Positions 31,983-45,402 of a DNA stretch of 64,000 bases are shown in pieces. Source of the stretch: Propionicimonas sp. (GTDB lineage Bacteria; Actinomycetota; Actinomycetes; Propionibacteriales; Propionibacteriaceae); the NCBI GenBank assembly GCA_049840415.1, contig JASGLB010000009.1:254778-318777 (forward strand), in the 5' to 3' direction. The notes below the pieces were generated by a model. That model saw only the letters and a program-made list of their open reading frames with translations, was not told the DNA's origin and did no database searches. How positions within the stretch are numbered: position 1 is the first letter of the stretch; every line of letters begins with the position of its first letter. The position numbers and the translations under genes were made by a program.

Positions 31983-34562
31983 ATGACGTACACACCGCTG
32001 ACCGACCCGACCGCCGCGACCACCGCCGGCGCGGGCGTACCGGAGCGTCCGGTGCTGGAAGGGCTGGAGGCGACCTGGGCGACGCGCTGGCAGCAGGACG
32101 GCACCTACGCGTTCGTTCGTCCGGAGTCGCGCGAGCAGGTGTTCAGCATCGACACTCCCCCGCCCACGGTCTCGGGCTCGCTGCATGTCGGCCACGTGTT
32201 CAGCTACACCCACACCGACCTGATCGCCCGCTACCAGCGGATGCGCGGCAAGCAGGTCTTCTACCCGATGGGCTGGGACGACAACGGCCTGCCCACCGAG
32301 CGGCGGGTGCAGAACTACTTCGGCGTGCGCTGCGATCCGTCCATCCCCTACGACCCGGACTTCACTCCGCCGGAGAAGCCGGATCCGAAGCGGCAGGTGC
32401 CGATCAGCCGGAAGAACTTCATCGACCTGTGCGTGCAGCTGACCGTGCTCGACGAGCAGGCCTTCGAGGAGCTGTGGCGCCGGCTCGGGCTGAGCGTGGA
32501 CTGGACGCTGCTGTACTCCACGGTGTCGCCGTCCACCCAGCGGATCTCGCAGCTGGCCTTTCTGCGTAACCACCGCCGAGGCGAGGCCTACCTGGCCGAG
32601 GCGCCGACGGTCTGGGACGTGACCTTCCAGACCGCGGTGGCGCAGGCCGAGCAGGAGGCCCGGGACTACCCCGGCTTCTACCACCGGGTGGCCTTCCACC
32701 GTCCGGACGGCGAGCCGGTCTACATCGAGACCACCCGGCCGGAACTGATCCCCTCGGTCTGCGCGCTGATCGCCCACCCGGACGACGAGCGCTACGCCGA
32801 GCTGTTCGGCAGCACCGTGACGTCGCCGATCTTCGGCGTGGAGATCCCGGTGCTGGCCCACCCCGCCGCCGAGCCCGACAAGGGCGCCGGCATCGCGATG
32901 TGCTGCACCTTCGGCGACGCCACCGACGTGCAGTGGTGGCGCGAGCTGCAGCTGCCCACCCGCACCGTGATTCAGCGGGACGGCCGGCTGACCGCCGAGA
33001 CCCCGGCGTGGCTGGTGAACCCCGGGCCGTACGCCGAGCTGGCCGGCAAGACGCCGTTCTCCGCCCGGGCGGCGATGGTCGAACTGCTGCGCGCCTCCGG
33101 CGACCTGGCCGGCGAGCCGACCGCCACCACCCGGAAGGCGAACTTCTACGAGAAGGGCGACAAGCCGCTGGAGATCGTCTCCACCCGGCAGTGGTACATC
33201 CGCAACGGCGGCCGGGACGAGCAGCTGAAGGCCACCCTGCTGGCCCGTGGCGAGGAGCTGGCCTGGACCCCCGAGCACATGAAGCACCGCTACGCCAACT
33301 GGGTGAACGGGCTGAACGGCGACTGGCTGATCAGCCGGCAGCGGTTCTTCGGGGTGCCGTTCCCAGTCTGGTACCCGCTGGACGCCGAGGGCGAGCCGGA
33401 CTACTCCCGTCCCATCCTGGCGGCCGAGGACACCCTGCCGGTCGATCCGGCCAGCGACGTCCCGCCGGGTTACGACGAGTCGCAGCGCGGGGTGCCCGGC
33501 GGCTTCGTCGGCGATCCGGACGTGATGGACACCTGGGCGACCAGCTCGCTCACCCCGCAGCTGGCCTGCGGCTGGGAGGCCGACGACGAGCTCTGGCAGC
33601 TCACCTTCCCGATGGACATCGCCCCGCAGGCCCACGAGATCATCCGGACCTGGCTGTTCTCCCGGGTGGTGCGCGCCCACTTCGAGCACGGCAAGCTGCC
33701 CTGGAAGCGGGCCACCATCTCGGGCTTCGTGGTCGACCCGGACCGGAAGAAGATGAGCAAGTCCAAGGGCAATGTGGTGGTGCCCACCGAGATCCTGGAG
33801 AAGTTCGGCTCGGACGCGGTCCGCTGGCGGGCGGCGATGACCCGCCCCGGCATGGACTCGCCGTTCGAGGAGACCGGCATGAAGGTCGGCCGCCGGCTGG
33901 CCATGAAGGTGCTGAACGCGAGCAAGTTCATACTGGGCATCGGTTCCGCCGCGGACCTCTCGGTGATCACCGCTCCGGCCGATCTGGCGATGCTCGCCCG
34001 GCTGCGGCAGGTGGTGGCCGAGGCCACCGACTCCTTCGAGGCGTTCGACTACACCGCCGCGCTGGAGGTGACCGAGAAGTTCTTCTGGCAGTTCTGCGAC
34101 GACTACCTCGAGCTGGTCAAGGAGCGGGCCTACGGTGCTGCCGGCGAGGCCGCGGCGGCTTCCGCCCAGGCCGCGCTGCGGTTGGCGCTGGGCGTCCTGC
34201 TGCGGCTGTTCGCGCCCTTCCTGCCGTTCGTCACCGAGGAGGTCTGGTCGTGGTGGCAGACCGGTTCGGTGCACCGCAGCGCGTGGCCGAGCGCTGACGA
34301 GCTGCCGGACGCCGGCGACCCGGCCCTGCTGGACGCCATCGCCGCCGCGCTGATCGGCATCCGCGGGGCCAAGTCGCAGGCCAAGGCCTCGATGAAGACC
34401 GAGGTGACCCGGGCCGACTTCACCGGGCCGGAACAGGTGATCGCCGGGCTGCGTCAGGTGGAGTCCGACCTGCGGGCGGTGGGCCGGATCGTCGGCGAGC
34501 TGCACTGGGCCGACTCGACCGAGCCGCTGGCGGTGGACATCGAGCTCGCGCCGGCCGAATGA
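31983..34562 (+). CDS. valS: Valyl-tRNA synthetase (short form)
   Basis: [13 protein letters not shown] and KMSKSKGN motifs; leaderless TAAGAT-N7-ATG start. Confidence 0.97.
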   Translation: MTYTPLTDPTAATTAGAGVPERPVLEGLEATWATRWQQDGTYAFVRPESREQVFSIDTPPPTVSGSLHVGHVFSYTHTDLIARYQRMRGKQVFYPMGWDDNGLPTERRVQNYFGVRCDPSIPYDPDFTPPEKPDPKRQVPISRKNFIDLCVQLTVLDEQAFEELWRRLGLSVDWTLLYSTVSPSTQRISQLAFLRNHRRGEAYLAEAPTVWDVTFQTAVAQAEQEARDYPGFYHRVAFHRPDGEPVYIETTRPELIPSVCALIAHPDDERYAELFGSTVTSPIFGVEIPVLAHPAAEPDKGAGIAMCCTFGDATDVQWWRELQLPTRTVIQRDGRLTAETPAWLVNPGPYAELAGKTPFSARAAMVELLRASGDLAGEPTATTRKANFYEKGDKPLEIVSTRQWYIRNGGRDEQLKATLLARGEELAWTPEHMKHRYANWVNGLNGDWLISRQRFFGVPFPVWYPLDAEGEPDYSRPILAAEDTLPVDPASDVPPGYDESQRGVPGGFVGDPDVMDTWATSSLTPQLACGWEADDELWQLTFPMDIAPQAHEIIRTWLFSRVVRAHFEHGKLPWKRATISGFVVDPDRKKMSKSKGNVVVPTEILEKFGSDAVRWRAAMTRPGMDSPFEETGMKVGRRLAMKVLNASKFILGIGSAADLSVITAPADLAMLARLRQVVAEATDSFEAFDYTAALEVTEKFFWQFCDDYLELVKERAYGAAGEAAAASAQAALRLALGVLLRLFAPFLPFVTEEVWSWWQTGSVHRSAWPSADELPDAGDPALLDAIAAALIGIRGAKSQAKASMKTEVTRADFTGPEQVIAGLRQVESDLRAVGRIVGELHWADSTEPLAVDIELAPAE

Positions 34563-35035
34563 GCCGGACCGGGCGGCTCGCCGCGGCCCTGATCGCCCAG
34601 CTGGCGATCCTCGGCCTGGTCGGGTGTGCGCCCGCCGGTCCGCGCGACCCGGACGGGCAGGTCACCGCGTCCGTCCCGACGGATGCGTTCTCGCTGCAGG
34701 TCGGCGACTGCACCGGACCGCTCACCAGCGGGACGGTCGGCGGCGTGACCCTGATCCCGTGTGCGCAGCCGCACGCCTGGGAGGTGTTCGGCGCCACCGA
34801 ACTCCCGGGCGAGGAGTACCCCGGGGCGGGCAAGGTGCAGGATCTGGCCGAGGAGTTCTGCAATGGCCAGTTCAAGGCCTTCATCGGTGTCGCGGTGGCC
34901 AAGTCGAAGTACCACCTGACCGTGCTGCAGCCCACCAAGCAGACCTGGAACGACGCCGCTGACCGTCAGGTCACCTGCCTGGCCGGGGACGACGACGGCA
35001 AGATCGAGGGAACGCTGGCCGGCGCGGAGAAGTAG
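34559..35035 (+). CDS. Lipoprotein with septum-formation-type domain
   Basis: Lipobox LVGC; [17 protein letters not shown] and DRQVTC motifs. Confidence 0.8.
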   Translation: MSRTGRLAAALIAQLAILGLVGCAPAGPRDPDGQVTASVPTDAFSLQVGDCTGPLTSGTVGGVTLIPCAQPHAWEVFGATELPGEEYPGAGKVQDLAEEFCNGQFKAFIGVAVAKSKYHLTVLQPTKQTWNDAADRQVTCLAGDDDGKIEGTLAGAEK

Positions 35036-35071
35036 CGAGCGCGCCCCACCCGGTGGTGGGACGCGCTCGCT
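35034..35071. terminator. Hairpin between convergent genes
   Basis: AGCGAGCGCG-C-CCCACC-CGGT-GGTGGG-A-CGCGCTCGCT. Confidence 0.75.
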
Positions 35072-35083
35072 GAGCAGCTTCGG

Positions 35084-36778
35084 CTACACCAGATCCAGCA
35101 GCACCGGGTCGGCCATCTTGAGCACGGCCGCCCGCGCCGCGGCCGGCGAGGTGGACGCCCGCGCGGCGGCAGCCATCTGCTGGCACTGCTCCCGGGTGTG
35201 CAGCGCCAGGGCGGTGCGCACGGCCGGGATCTTGCTGGGTGCCATTGACAGGCTGGAGACGCCCAGACCGGTCAGCACCAGCGCCAGGGCGGGGTCGCCG
35301 CCGGCCTCGCCACACACCCCCACCGGCTTGCCCATCGCCTGACCGCCGGCGCAGGCCAACGCGACGACGTCCAGCAGCGCCGGCTCGAACGGGTCGAGCA
35401 GGGTGGCCAGTTCGCCCTGCATCCGATCGGCCGCCATGGTGTACTGCGACAGGTCGTTGGTGCCGAGCGAGGCGAAGTCGACGTGGTAGAGGATGCCGCG
35501 GGAGCGGATCGCCGCCGCCGGCACCTCGATCATCACGCCCACCCGGGGCAGGCCGAGCGCCCGGACCCGCTGGGCGAACCAGATCGCCTCGGCCTCGGTG
35601 GCCACCATCGGGGCCATCACCCAGACCTCCGCGCCGGTCGCCTTCTGGGCGGCCGCCAGGGCCTCCAGCTGGGCGTCCATCACGTCGGTCCGGATCATGC
35701 CCAGGCGCAGCCCGCGGCGACCCAGCGCCGGATTCTCCTCCGGCCCGAGGTCGGCGAACTTCAACGGCTTGTCAGCGCCGGCGTCCAGGGTGCGGACCAC
35801 CACCTTGCGCTCGCCGAAGGCCTGGAAGACCTCGGTGTAGACCTTGGTCTGCTCCTCGACGGTGGGCATCACGTCGGAATCGAGGAAGAGGAACTCGGTG
35901 CGGAACAGCCCGACCCCTTCGGCGGACGTGGTGGCGGCCTTGCGGGCGTCGTCGGCGGTGCCGATGTTCGCCAGCAACTGGACCGGGTAGTGGTCCTTGG
36001 TCGCTCCCTTGCCGGTGCCCTGCGCCAGCGCGGCCTCGCGGCGGCGCTTGCGTTCGGCGAGCAGCCGCTGCTCCTCCTCGGACGGGTTGATCGTCACCTC
36101 GCCCACCCCGCCGTCGATCGCCACCACGGTGCCGGCCGGTACGTCGGTGATCCCGACCGCCTGCACCACCGCTGGGATGCCCAGCTGGGCGGCCAGGATC
36201 GCGGTGTGGCTGGTCGGGCCGCCGGCGGAGGTCACGATGCCCAGACAGGTGTCGGTGGTCAGCGTGGCGGTCTCGGCCGGCGCCAGGTCGTGCGCGGCCA
36301 GGATGCTCGGCGTGGTCAGGGTGGGCACGCCCGGTTCGGGCTGGCCCAGCAGCCGGGCGATCGCCCGGTCGCGGACGTCCTGCAGGTCGGTCACCCGCTC
36401 GGCCATGTAGCCGCCGAGGGCGAGGAACATCGAGGCGATCTCCTCCACCGCGGCGGCGACGGCGTTGGTCGGGCCCTTGCCGGAGTTGATCTGGTTCTCG
36501 ATGCCCATCGCCAGGCCCGGGTCGCGCGCCATCAACGCGCCGGCCTCGAGAATCGGCTTGGCGTGGTCGCTGGCGACCGCAGCCTTGGCCTGCAGGCCGT
36601 TGGCGACGTCCTCCAGGACGCCCTTGACCTGTTCGATCGCGGCGGCGGGGTCAGCTGCCGGGGGCTCGTCGGCCGGAGCCGTTGGCGGTGGCGTGACCAC
36701 CACCAACGGGCCGACGGCAGTACCCGCACTGACACCGATGCCGTGGAAGGTCCGGTCTTCGGTGCCCGGCATGGTCAC
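35084..36778 (-). CDS. ptsI: PTS enzyme I
   Basis: GGPTSHTAILA, GLFRTEFLF, GTNDLSQY and GVCGE motifs. Confidence 0.96.
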   Translation of the reverse strand: MTMPGTEDRTFHGIGVSAGTAVGPLVVVTPPPTAPADEPPAADPAAAIEQVKGVLEDVANGLQAKAAVASDHAKPILEAGALMARDPGLAMGIENQINSGKGPTNAVAAAVEEIASMFLALGGYMAERVTDLQDVRDRAIARLLGQPEPGVPTLTTPSILAAHDLAPAETATLTTDTCLGIVTSAGGPTSHTAILAAQLGIPAVVQAVGITDVPAGTVVAIDGGVGEVTINPSEEEQRLLAERKRRREAALAQGTGKGATKDHYPVQLLANIGTADDARKAATTSAEGVGLFRTEFLFLDSDVMPTVEEQTKVYTEVFQAFGERKVVVRTLDAGADKPLKFADLGPEENPALGRRGLRLGMIRTDVMDAQLEALAAAQKATGAEVWVMAPMVATEAEAIWFAQRVRALGLPRVGVMIEVPAAAIRSRGILYHVDFASLGTNDLSQYTMAADRMQGELATLLDPFEPALLDVVALACAGGQAMGKPVGVCGEAGGDPALALVLTGLGVSSLSMAPSKIPAVRTALALHTREQCQQMAAAARASTSPAAARAAVLKMADPVLLDLV

Positions 36779-37044
36779 TCCGCGTCCAGATCCCGGGAGA
36801 GCAGTTCGACCAGGCTGTCGAGCGCGGCGTCGGCGCCCTCGCCCTCGGCGGTCAGGGTGACGGTCTCGCCGTGCTTGGCGCCCAGCGCCATGACCATCAG
36901 GATGCTCTTGGCGTCAACCGGGTTGCCGCCCTCCTTGGCGATGGTGACCGGCAGACCGGTGGCGGTGGCGGCCTGGACGAACAGCGAGGCGGGGCGGGCG
37001 TGCAGGCCGACCGAGGAAGCGATGGCGACTGAACGGCTTGGCAT
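36775..37044 (-). CDS. ptsH: Phosphocarrier protein HPr
   Basis: GLHARPA and DAKSILMVM motifs; AAGGAG RBS. Confidence 0.96.
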   Translation of the reverse strand: MPSRSVAIASSVGLHARPASLFVQAATATGLPVTIAKEGGNPVDAKSILMVMALGAKHGETVTLTAEGEGADAALDSLVELLSRDLDAE

Positions 37045-37254
37045 GGGGTTACTCCTTCGTAAGTGGTTCAGCGGAACACCGCCCAACATACCGGTCTCGC
37101 GCGCCTCAGCGGGAAAACTGGACCCATCCCTGCCAACCCTTGGACAGAAACCCGCTCCCGACGCGCCCGATCGGGACGTCGCGGGGCGGCGGCTTGGCAG
37201 GGGTAATCTTCCTCAGTCAGGATAGGGTCGTACTTTTGCTGGGGAGGGAGAGCC

Positions 37255-37953
37255 GTGACCGCAGATCCGGCGTCGATGGTGCTCGACATGCTGGCCGACA
37301 CCATCGACGCGCTGAACAAGGGGCACTCCGCCGACGTGACCGTGCTGGAGCACCTGGTGAAGGCGGTCGACGCCGACGCCGCGGTGAGCGTGTACTTCGA
37401 TGAGGACGAGCTGGAGCCGGTCGCCCAGGTGCCCTCCCCCCAGGCCGCCCGGGATCTGCTGGCCCACGTCCTGTCCGTCGGGCCGTCCGGCGTCGAACGT
37501 CACTATCGGATCGCGCAGGTTCCGGGTCTGGGGCACGTGGTCTACGTGCTGATCAGGCCGGTGGTCGACGACGAACCGATGGAGGGGTTCGGCCGGATCC
37601 TGGCGATCTCGCGTCCGGAGCCCTACGACGAGGAGAGCCAGCGGCTGCTGCACCGCGCCTGCCGGCCGCTGACCGTGCTCTGGCCGCGGGCCGCTCAGGC
37701 CTACGCCCAGCAGCGGGCCACCAATGCCGACTTCAACATCACCGAGCGGGAACGTCAGGTGCTGGAGCTGCTGGCCCGTGGCCTGCTGGCCACCTCGATC
37801 GCCTCCCGGCTCAACCTCTCGCCGCGGACGGTGCACAAGCACCTGGGCAATATCTACCGCAAGCTCGGGGTGCACGACCGGCTGGTCGCCGTCGGGGTGG
37901 CCCGGGCGAATGGGCTGCTGCCCGAGGAGCCGTTGACCCGCAGCGCGCGCTGA
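37255..37953 (+). CDS. LuxR-type HTH regulator with non-receiver N-terminal domain
   Basis: ITERERQVLELLARG...LSPRTVHKHLGNIYRKLGV. Confidence 0.88.
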   Translation: MTADPASMVLDMLADTIDALNKGHSADVTVLEHLVKAVDADAAVSVYFDEDELEPVAQVPSPQAARDLLAHVLSVGPSGVERHYRIAQVPGLGHVVYVLIRPVVDDEPMEGFGRILAISRPEPYDEESQRLLHRACRPLTVLWPRAAQAYAQQRATNADFNITERERQVLELLARGLLATSIASRLNLSPRTVHKHLGNIYRKLGVHDRLVAVGVARANGLLPEEPLTRSAR

Positions 37954-37959
37954 AATCCG

Positions 37960-39243
37960 CTAGGCGGATTTGCGGATCCGGCTCAGCTCGGCGTGGGAGA
38001 TCAGGGTCGGCGCGGCGCCCTCGGTCACCACGTCGGCGTCCACCAGCACCTGGGCGATCTGCTCGTCGCTGGGCACCTGGTACATCACGTTGAGCAGGAT
38101 CTCCTCCAGGATGGAGCGCAGCCCGCGGGCGCCGATCCCCCGCCGCAGCGCCACCGCCGCGATCGCCTTGATCGCCTCGTCGGTGAACTCCAACTCCACC
38201 CCGTCGAGCTCGAACAGCCGCTGGAACTGCTTGATCAGGGCGTTCTTCGGCTCCACCAGGATGCGGACCAGGGCCCGCTCGTCCAGCGCCTCGACGGTGG
38301 AGATCATCGGTAGCCGGCCGATGAACTCCGGGATCAGGCCGAACTTGTGCAGATCTTCGGGACGCACCTGCTCGAACGGGTTGTTCGACTCCGGACGGCG
38401 CACCGCGGCGTCATTGTTGAAGCCGAGCGGACGCTTGCCCACCCGGGCGTTGATGATCTCCTCCAGGCCGGCGAAGGCGCCGCCCACCACGAACAGGATG
38501 TTGGTGGTGTCGATCTGGATGAACTCCTGGTGCGGGTGCTTGCGTCCCCCCTGCGGCGGGACGGAGGCGGTCGTCCCCTCCAGGATCTTCAGCAGCGCCT
38601 GCTGCACGCCCTCGCCGGAGACGTCCCGGGTGATCGACGGGTTCTCGCTCTTGCGGGCGACCTTGTCGATCTCGTCGATGTAGATGATGCCGGTCTCGGC
38701 CTTCTTGACGTCGTAGTCGGCGGCCTGGATCAGCTTCAGCAGGATGTTCTCCACGTCCTCGCCGACGTAACCTGCCTCGGTGAGCGCGGTGGCGTCGGCC
38801 ATCGCGAACGGGACGTTCAGCATCCGGGCCAGGGTCTGGGCCAGGTAGGTCTTGCCGCAGCCGGTGGGGCCGATCAGCAGGATGTTCGACTTGCCCAACT
38901 CGACCAGTTCGTCGTCGGCGGCGCGCCGGGCCGGGGAGGCCGTCTGGGCCTGCACCCGCTTGTAGTGGTTGTAGACGGCGACGGCCAGGGCCTTCTTGGC
39001 GGTCTCCTGGCCGATCACGTAGGAGTCGAGGAAGGAGCAGATCTCGCGGGGCTTGGGCAGGTCGTCCAGCACGCTGGCGTCGGGAGCCTCGGAGAACTCC
39101 TCCTCGATGATCTCGTTGCACAGGTCGATGCACTCGTCGCAGATGTACACGCCCGGGCCTGCGATCAGCTTCTTGACCTGCTTTTGACTCTTGCCGCAGA
39201 AGGAACACTTCAGCAGGTCCGAGGTCTCACCTATCCGTGCCAC
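37960..39243 (-). CDS. clpX: ATP-dependent Clp protease ATPase ClpX
   Basis: CSFCGK zinc finger; GPTGCGKT; IDEIDK. Confidence 0.98.
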   Translation of the reverse strand: MARIGETSDLLKCSFCGKSQKQVKKLIAGPGVYICDECIDLCNEIIEEEFSEAPDASVLDDLPKPREICSFLDSYVIGQETAKKALAVAVYNHYKRVQAQTASPARRAADDELVELGKSNILLIGPTGCGKTYLAQTLARMLNVPFAMADATALTEAGYVGEDVENILLKLIQAADYDVKKAETGIIYIDEIDKVARKSENPSITRDVSGEGVQQALLKILEGTTASVPPQGGRKHPHQEFIQIDTTNILFVVGGAFAGLEEIINARVGKRPLGFNNDAAVRRPESNNPFEQVRPEDLHKFGLIPEFIGRLPMISTVEALDERALVRILVEPKNALIKQFQRLFELDGVELEFTDEAIKAIAAVALRRGIGARGLRSILEEILLNVMYQVPSDEQIAQVLVDADVVTEGAAPTLISHAELSRIRKSA

Positions 39244-39319
39244 CGAAACAACTCCCTTGTTCGTCGTCCACCCTAGTCGCAGCAGTGGCGGATCCGGGAG
39301 GGACCCGCCACCGGGCGAC

Positions 39320-39970
39320 TCAGCGCGGTACGTCCTTCAGCGAGGTGAGGATGTCGTCCACGATGCCGTACTCGAGCGCCTCCTGCGCGGTCAGGTACTT
39401 GTCGCGCTCGATGTCCTTGCTGATCTTCTCCACCGGCTGACCGGTGTCCTCGGCGAGCATCTGCTCCATCAGTGAGCGGATCCGAAGGATCTCCCTGGCC
39501 TGGATCTCCAGGTCGGAGGACTGGCCGTAGCCGCCCTCGGTGGCCGGCTGGTGGATCAGGATCCGGCTGTTCGGCAGGGCCAGCCGCTTGCCCTTGGTGC
39601 CCGCGGCGAGCAGGACGGCGGCGGCGGAGGCGGCCTGCCCCAGGCAGACCGTCTGAACCTCCGGCTTGATGTAGCGGATGGTGTCGTAGATCGCGGTCAG
39701 CGCGGTGAACGAGCCACCGGGCGAGTTGATGTAGATCTGGATGGTGCGCTCCGGGTCGAGCGACTGCAGGCACAGCAGTTGCGCCATCACCGCGTTGGCG
39801 ATGTCGTCGCTGATCGGCGTGCCGAGGAAGATGATCCGGTCCTCGAACAGCTTGGTGTAGGGATCGACCCGACGGACGCCGTAGGAGGTGCGCTCCTCCC
39901 ACTGCGGGATGTAGTACTCCATCGAGGGGGCGGCCGGGGCCAGGCCACCGGGAAGCATGGGCGTGGTCAT
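39320..39970 (-). CDS. clpP2: Clp protease proteolytic subunit 2
   Basis: [19 protein letters not shown] and HQP motifs. Confidence 0.95.
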   Translation of the reverse strand: MTTPMLPGGLAPAAPSMEYYIPQWEERTSYGVRRVDPYTKLFEDRIIFLGTPISDDIANAVMAQLLCLQSLDPERTIQIYINSPGGSFTALTAIYDTIRYIKPEVQTVCLGQAASAAAVLLAAGTKGKRLALPNSRILIHQPATEGGYGQSSDLEIQAREILRIRSLMEQMLAEDTGQPVEKISKDIERDKYLTAQEALEYGIVDDILTSLKDVPR

Positions 39971-39996
39971 CGCAGCGCCTTTCGTAATAGACAGAG

Positions 39997-40617
39997 TCAC
40001 TGGTTCGGTCCGGCGGACGGAATCTGCGCCGCGCGTTCGAAGACGTGGTCGATGAAGCCGTACTCCAGCGCCTGCTCGGCGGTGAACCACCGGTCGCGGT
40101 CGGAATCGGCCTCGATCTGGTCGACGGTCTGGCCGGTGTGCTCGGCGATCAGCGCCGACATCGTCTTCTTGATGTGCAGCGACTGCTCGGCCTGGATCCG
40201 GATGTCGGAGGCGGTGCCGCCCAGGCCGCCGGAGGGCTGGTGCATCATGATCCGGCTGTGCGGCAGCGCGAACCGCTTGCCCTTGGTGCCGGCGCTGAGC
40301 AGGAACTGGCCCATCGAGGCGGCCAGGCCCATCGCGACGGTGGCCACGTCGTTGGAGATCCACTGCATGGTGTCGAAGATCGCCATGCCGGAGTCGACCG
40401 AGCCGCCGGGTGAGTTGATGTAGAGGTAGATGTCCTTGTGCGGGTCCTCGGCGTTCAGCAGCAGCATCTGGGCGCAGATCGCATTCGCGTTCTCATCGCG
40501 CACCTCGGAGCCGAGGAAGATGATCCGATTGGCCAGCAGGGCCTGGTAGACCGAGTCGGTCATGCCGGCCGGGCTACCACCCGCTGCCATCGACGGGGAA
40601 AAGGGATGTCCAGTCAC
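39997..40617 (-). CDS. clpP1: Clp protease proteolytic subunit 1
   Basis: [19 protein letters not shown] and MHQP motifs; TAGGTT-N7-GTG start. Confidence 0.95.
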   Translation of the reverse strand: MTGHPFSPSMAAGGSPAGMTDSVYQALLANRIIFLGSEVRDENANAICAQMLLLNAEDPHKDIYLYINSPGGSVDSGMAIFDTMQWISNDVATVAMGLAASMGQFLLSAGTKGKRFALPHSRIMMHQPSGGLGGTASDIRIQAEQSLHIKKTMSALIAEHTGQTVDQIEADSDRDRWFTAEQALEYGFIDHVFERAAQIPSAGPNQ

Positions 40618-40703
40618 GAGAGCGAACCTACCCGGTGGGTCGGACAAAACTGAGGAGTTCCGCCCGCTGTTCGCTGACGGCGCACGGCGGGCAGCCAAAC
40701 GTC

Positions 40704-40788
40704 GGCTGAGGTCGGTCCGGAGGACCGAGTCCCGAAGCCCGGACCCGACCCTTCGAGACTCCGAGCTGCGCTCGCACCTCAGGGATCG
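40704..40788. repeat. Inverted pair of REP-like elements (REPIN-like)
   Basis: 40704-40739 GGCTGAGGT...GAGTCCCGAAGCC resembles the reverse complement of 40747-40788 GACCCTTCGAGACTC...ACCTCAGGGATCG. Confidence 0.65.
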
Positions 40789-40795
40789 GAGACGA

Positions 40796-40830
40796 CACCG
40801 GGCCGCCCAGGGAAGGGACGGCCCGGCGTG
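40796..40830 (-). terminator. GC-rich hairpin downstream of tig
   Basis: CCGGGCCG...CGGCCCGG stem. Confidence 0.55.
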
Positions 40831-40845
40831 GCGGAATCGGTGGGG

Positions 40846-42201
40846 CTACTCGGCGGCAGCTTCCTCGGTTTCCTCCTGACCGGCCCCGCTGGTGACGTCG
40901 ACGGGGTTGCCGTCGGTGTCGACCACGGTGGCAGCGGCCACGATCTGGGCCAACGCCTTGTTGCGGCGGATCTCCTGCATCCAGGCGCCGGTGTGGTTGT
41001 GCTCCATCATGTGCTGAGCCTCCTGCTCCGGCGAGGTGCCGGCCTGGGCGGCCTTGCGGACCAGCAGCTCGGAGAGGTCGGCCTGGTCGATGCCGACCTC
41101 GGCGTCGTCGGCCACCTTGTCCAGCAGCAGCTGGGCCTTCAGGCCACGCTCGGTGGAAGTCTCCAGCTCGGCCCAGAACTCCTCGGGGGTCTTGGCCTCC
41201 TCCTCGGCCTGCTCCAGGTAGCGCTCCAGGGTGAGGCCGGCGCGCCGCAGCTGATCGTTGATCTGCTCCTTGCGGGCTTCCACCTCGGCGCCCAGCAGCT
41301 TCTCGGGCAGCTCCAGTTCGACCTGCTCGACCAGCGCCTCCAGCACCTGGTCGCGTCCCTTGGCGGCCTGCTCCAGGCGGGCCATCTCGGCGACGGACGA
41401 GGCCAGGTCGGCGCGCATCTCCTCGACGGTGTCGAACTCGGAGACCAGCTGGGCGAACTCGTCGTCCACCGCGGGCAGTTCCTGCTCGCTCACCTTGGTG
41501 ACGGTGACGGTGATGTCGGCCGGTTCACCCTCCAGCTCGCCGCCCACCAGCGTGGACGCGAAGGTGGCCGACTCGCCGGCGGAGAGGCCGGTGACGGCTT
41601 CGTCCAGCCCGTCGATCATGCCGCCGGAACCGATCTTGTAGCTGACGCCGTCGGCGGTGGCGTCCTGCAGCGGCTCGCCCTCCCGGGTGCCGACCAGGTT
41701 GATGGTGACCACGTCGCCCTCGGCGGCGGCCCGCTCCACCTCGGTGGTGGTGGCGAACCGCGAGCGCAGCAGCTCGATCCGCTGCTCGACCTCGGCGTCG
41801 GTGTCGGGCAGCGCGTCGACGGTCACGCTGACGCCGGCGGCGTCCGGCACCTCGAAGTCGGGACGGATGTCGAGCTCGGCGGTGAACTCCACCGTCTCGC
41901 CTTCCTCCAGCTTGGTGACGTCCACCTCCGGGTCGCCCAGCGGAATGATCCCGGCCTCGGTGACCGCGGCCTCATAGGCCGACGGCAGCGCCGCGTTGAT
42001 CGCCTCCTGCAGCACGGCGCCGCGGCCGAACCGCTGGTCGATCACCATCGGCGGCACCTTGCCCTTGCGGAAGCCGGGGATGGTGACCTGCGACGCGATG
42101 TCGCGGTACGCCTTGTCAAGGTGCGGCTTCAGATCGGTCCACGGGATTTCGACGGTGAGCTTCGCCCGCGACGGGCCGAGCTTCTCCACAGTGCTGGGCA
42201 A
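40846..42201 (-). CDS. tig: Trigger factor
   Basis: IPGFRKGKVP motif; TTG start with AGGAG RBS; upstream of clpP1. Confidence 0.96.
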   Translation of the reverse strand: MPSTVEKLGPSRAKLTVEIPWTDLKPHLDKAYRDIASQVTIPGFRKGKVPPMVIDQRFGRGAVLQEAINAALPSAYEAAVTEAGIIPLGDPEVDVTKLEEGETVEFTAELDIRPDFEVPDAAGVSVTVDALPDTDAEVEQRIELLRSRFATTTEVERAAAEGDVVTINLVGTREGEPLQDATADGVSYKIGSGGMIDGLDEAVTGLSAGESATFASTLVGGELEGEPADITVTVTKVSEQELPAVDDEFAQLVSEFDTVEEMRADLASSVAEMARLEQAAKGRDQVLEALVEQVELELPEKLLGAEVEARKEQINDQLRRAGLTLERYLEQAEEEAKTPEEFWAELETSTERGLKAQLLLDKVADDAEVGIDQADLSELLVRKAAQAGTSPEQEAQHMMEHNHTGAWMQEIRRNKALAQIVAAATVVDTDGNPVDVTSGAGQEETEEAAAE

Positions 42202-42284
42202 TGCAGGACTCCTGATTGGGATTCGGACAACCTGAGTCAGCTTACGCGAACCCGCCCACCTGTGCGCAAAAGTGGGCTGGTCAC

Positions 42285-42306
42285 TGTCAGTCCGGCGTGA
42301 CAGGAT
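42285..42306 (+). promoter_or_regulatory. PafBC/RecA-NDp-like DNA-damage promoter
   Basis: TGTCAG-N10-CAGGAT, matching the actinobacterial TGTCRG-N10-(T/C)ANNNT layout. Confidence 0.7.
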
Positions 42307-42334
42307 GCGGGGGCCCATCGGAGAGGAACAGCGG

Positions 42335-44692
<2,358 letters not shown>

Positions 44693-44701
<9 letters not shown>

Positions 44702-45313
44702 GCCGGAGACGGGCTGGCGCAGGATGGTCCGCAGCCGGGCGGCCGGCACCTTGCGGAAGTCGCTGAAGTAGATCTCGTGGTGCCTACCCACCGGGCGAAG
44801 CCCATTGCCGGGCAGGAAATCCTGGTGCAGCCGTTCCAGCACGGGGCCCTCGTCGTCGAAGGAGCCGGCGTGCAGCGTCTGCACACAGCGACCCTCCGAG
44901 AGGGAGCGAAGCTCGACCTCGCTGAGCCGAACCGGCGCGTTCTTGGCCGCGGCCCGGTCGATCGCCGCTTCGACCATGCCGTGGTCGATCCAGCCGGGCA
45001 CCATCAGCATCATGGTCCACTTCCACCGCGCCTTGTCCCGCGCCACGGTGAACGTGTCCAGGTCGTCCGCCCACCACAGCCCTTCCAGCGGCGGAACCAC
45101 GTAGTCACGGCCCAACTCACGCTTGCTGGCGAACTTGAGGTGGTACGCCACCGGGTACAGGGCTGCGAGCGCGTCAGCATAGGCCGGTGAGGTGTTCGGG
45201 TCCCCGTGCCCATCGATCATCAGGTACCGCTGGTCGGGCACCTCGACGATCTGAAACCGACCCCGCGGCGCCGAGTAGCTGTCGATCGTCTTCTTGAAGT
45301 CGACCTTGTCCAT
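44693..45313 (-). CDS. GyrI-like small-molecule binding protein
   Basis: YLMIDGHGDPN, VPPLEGLWW, HHEIY and LRTILRQP motifs. Confidence 0.88.
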
Positions 45314-45402
45314 CCCGGCCCCCTGCCCTACTCAGCCAGTATCACCCGACGACGGCGCTCCCAAGCAGCGCCACGCAGGGCGCTCTCGGGCTGTGATTGA
45401 GG

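Noticed and set aside
42290-42306. GTCCGGCGTGACAGGAT as a tRNA-Pro 3'-end remnant
   Set aside because: The match is weak and better explained by the PafBC-like promoter.
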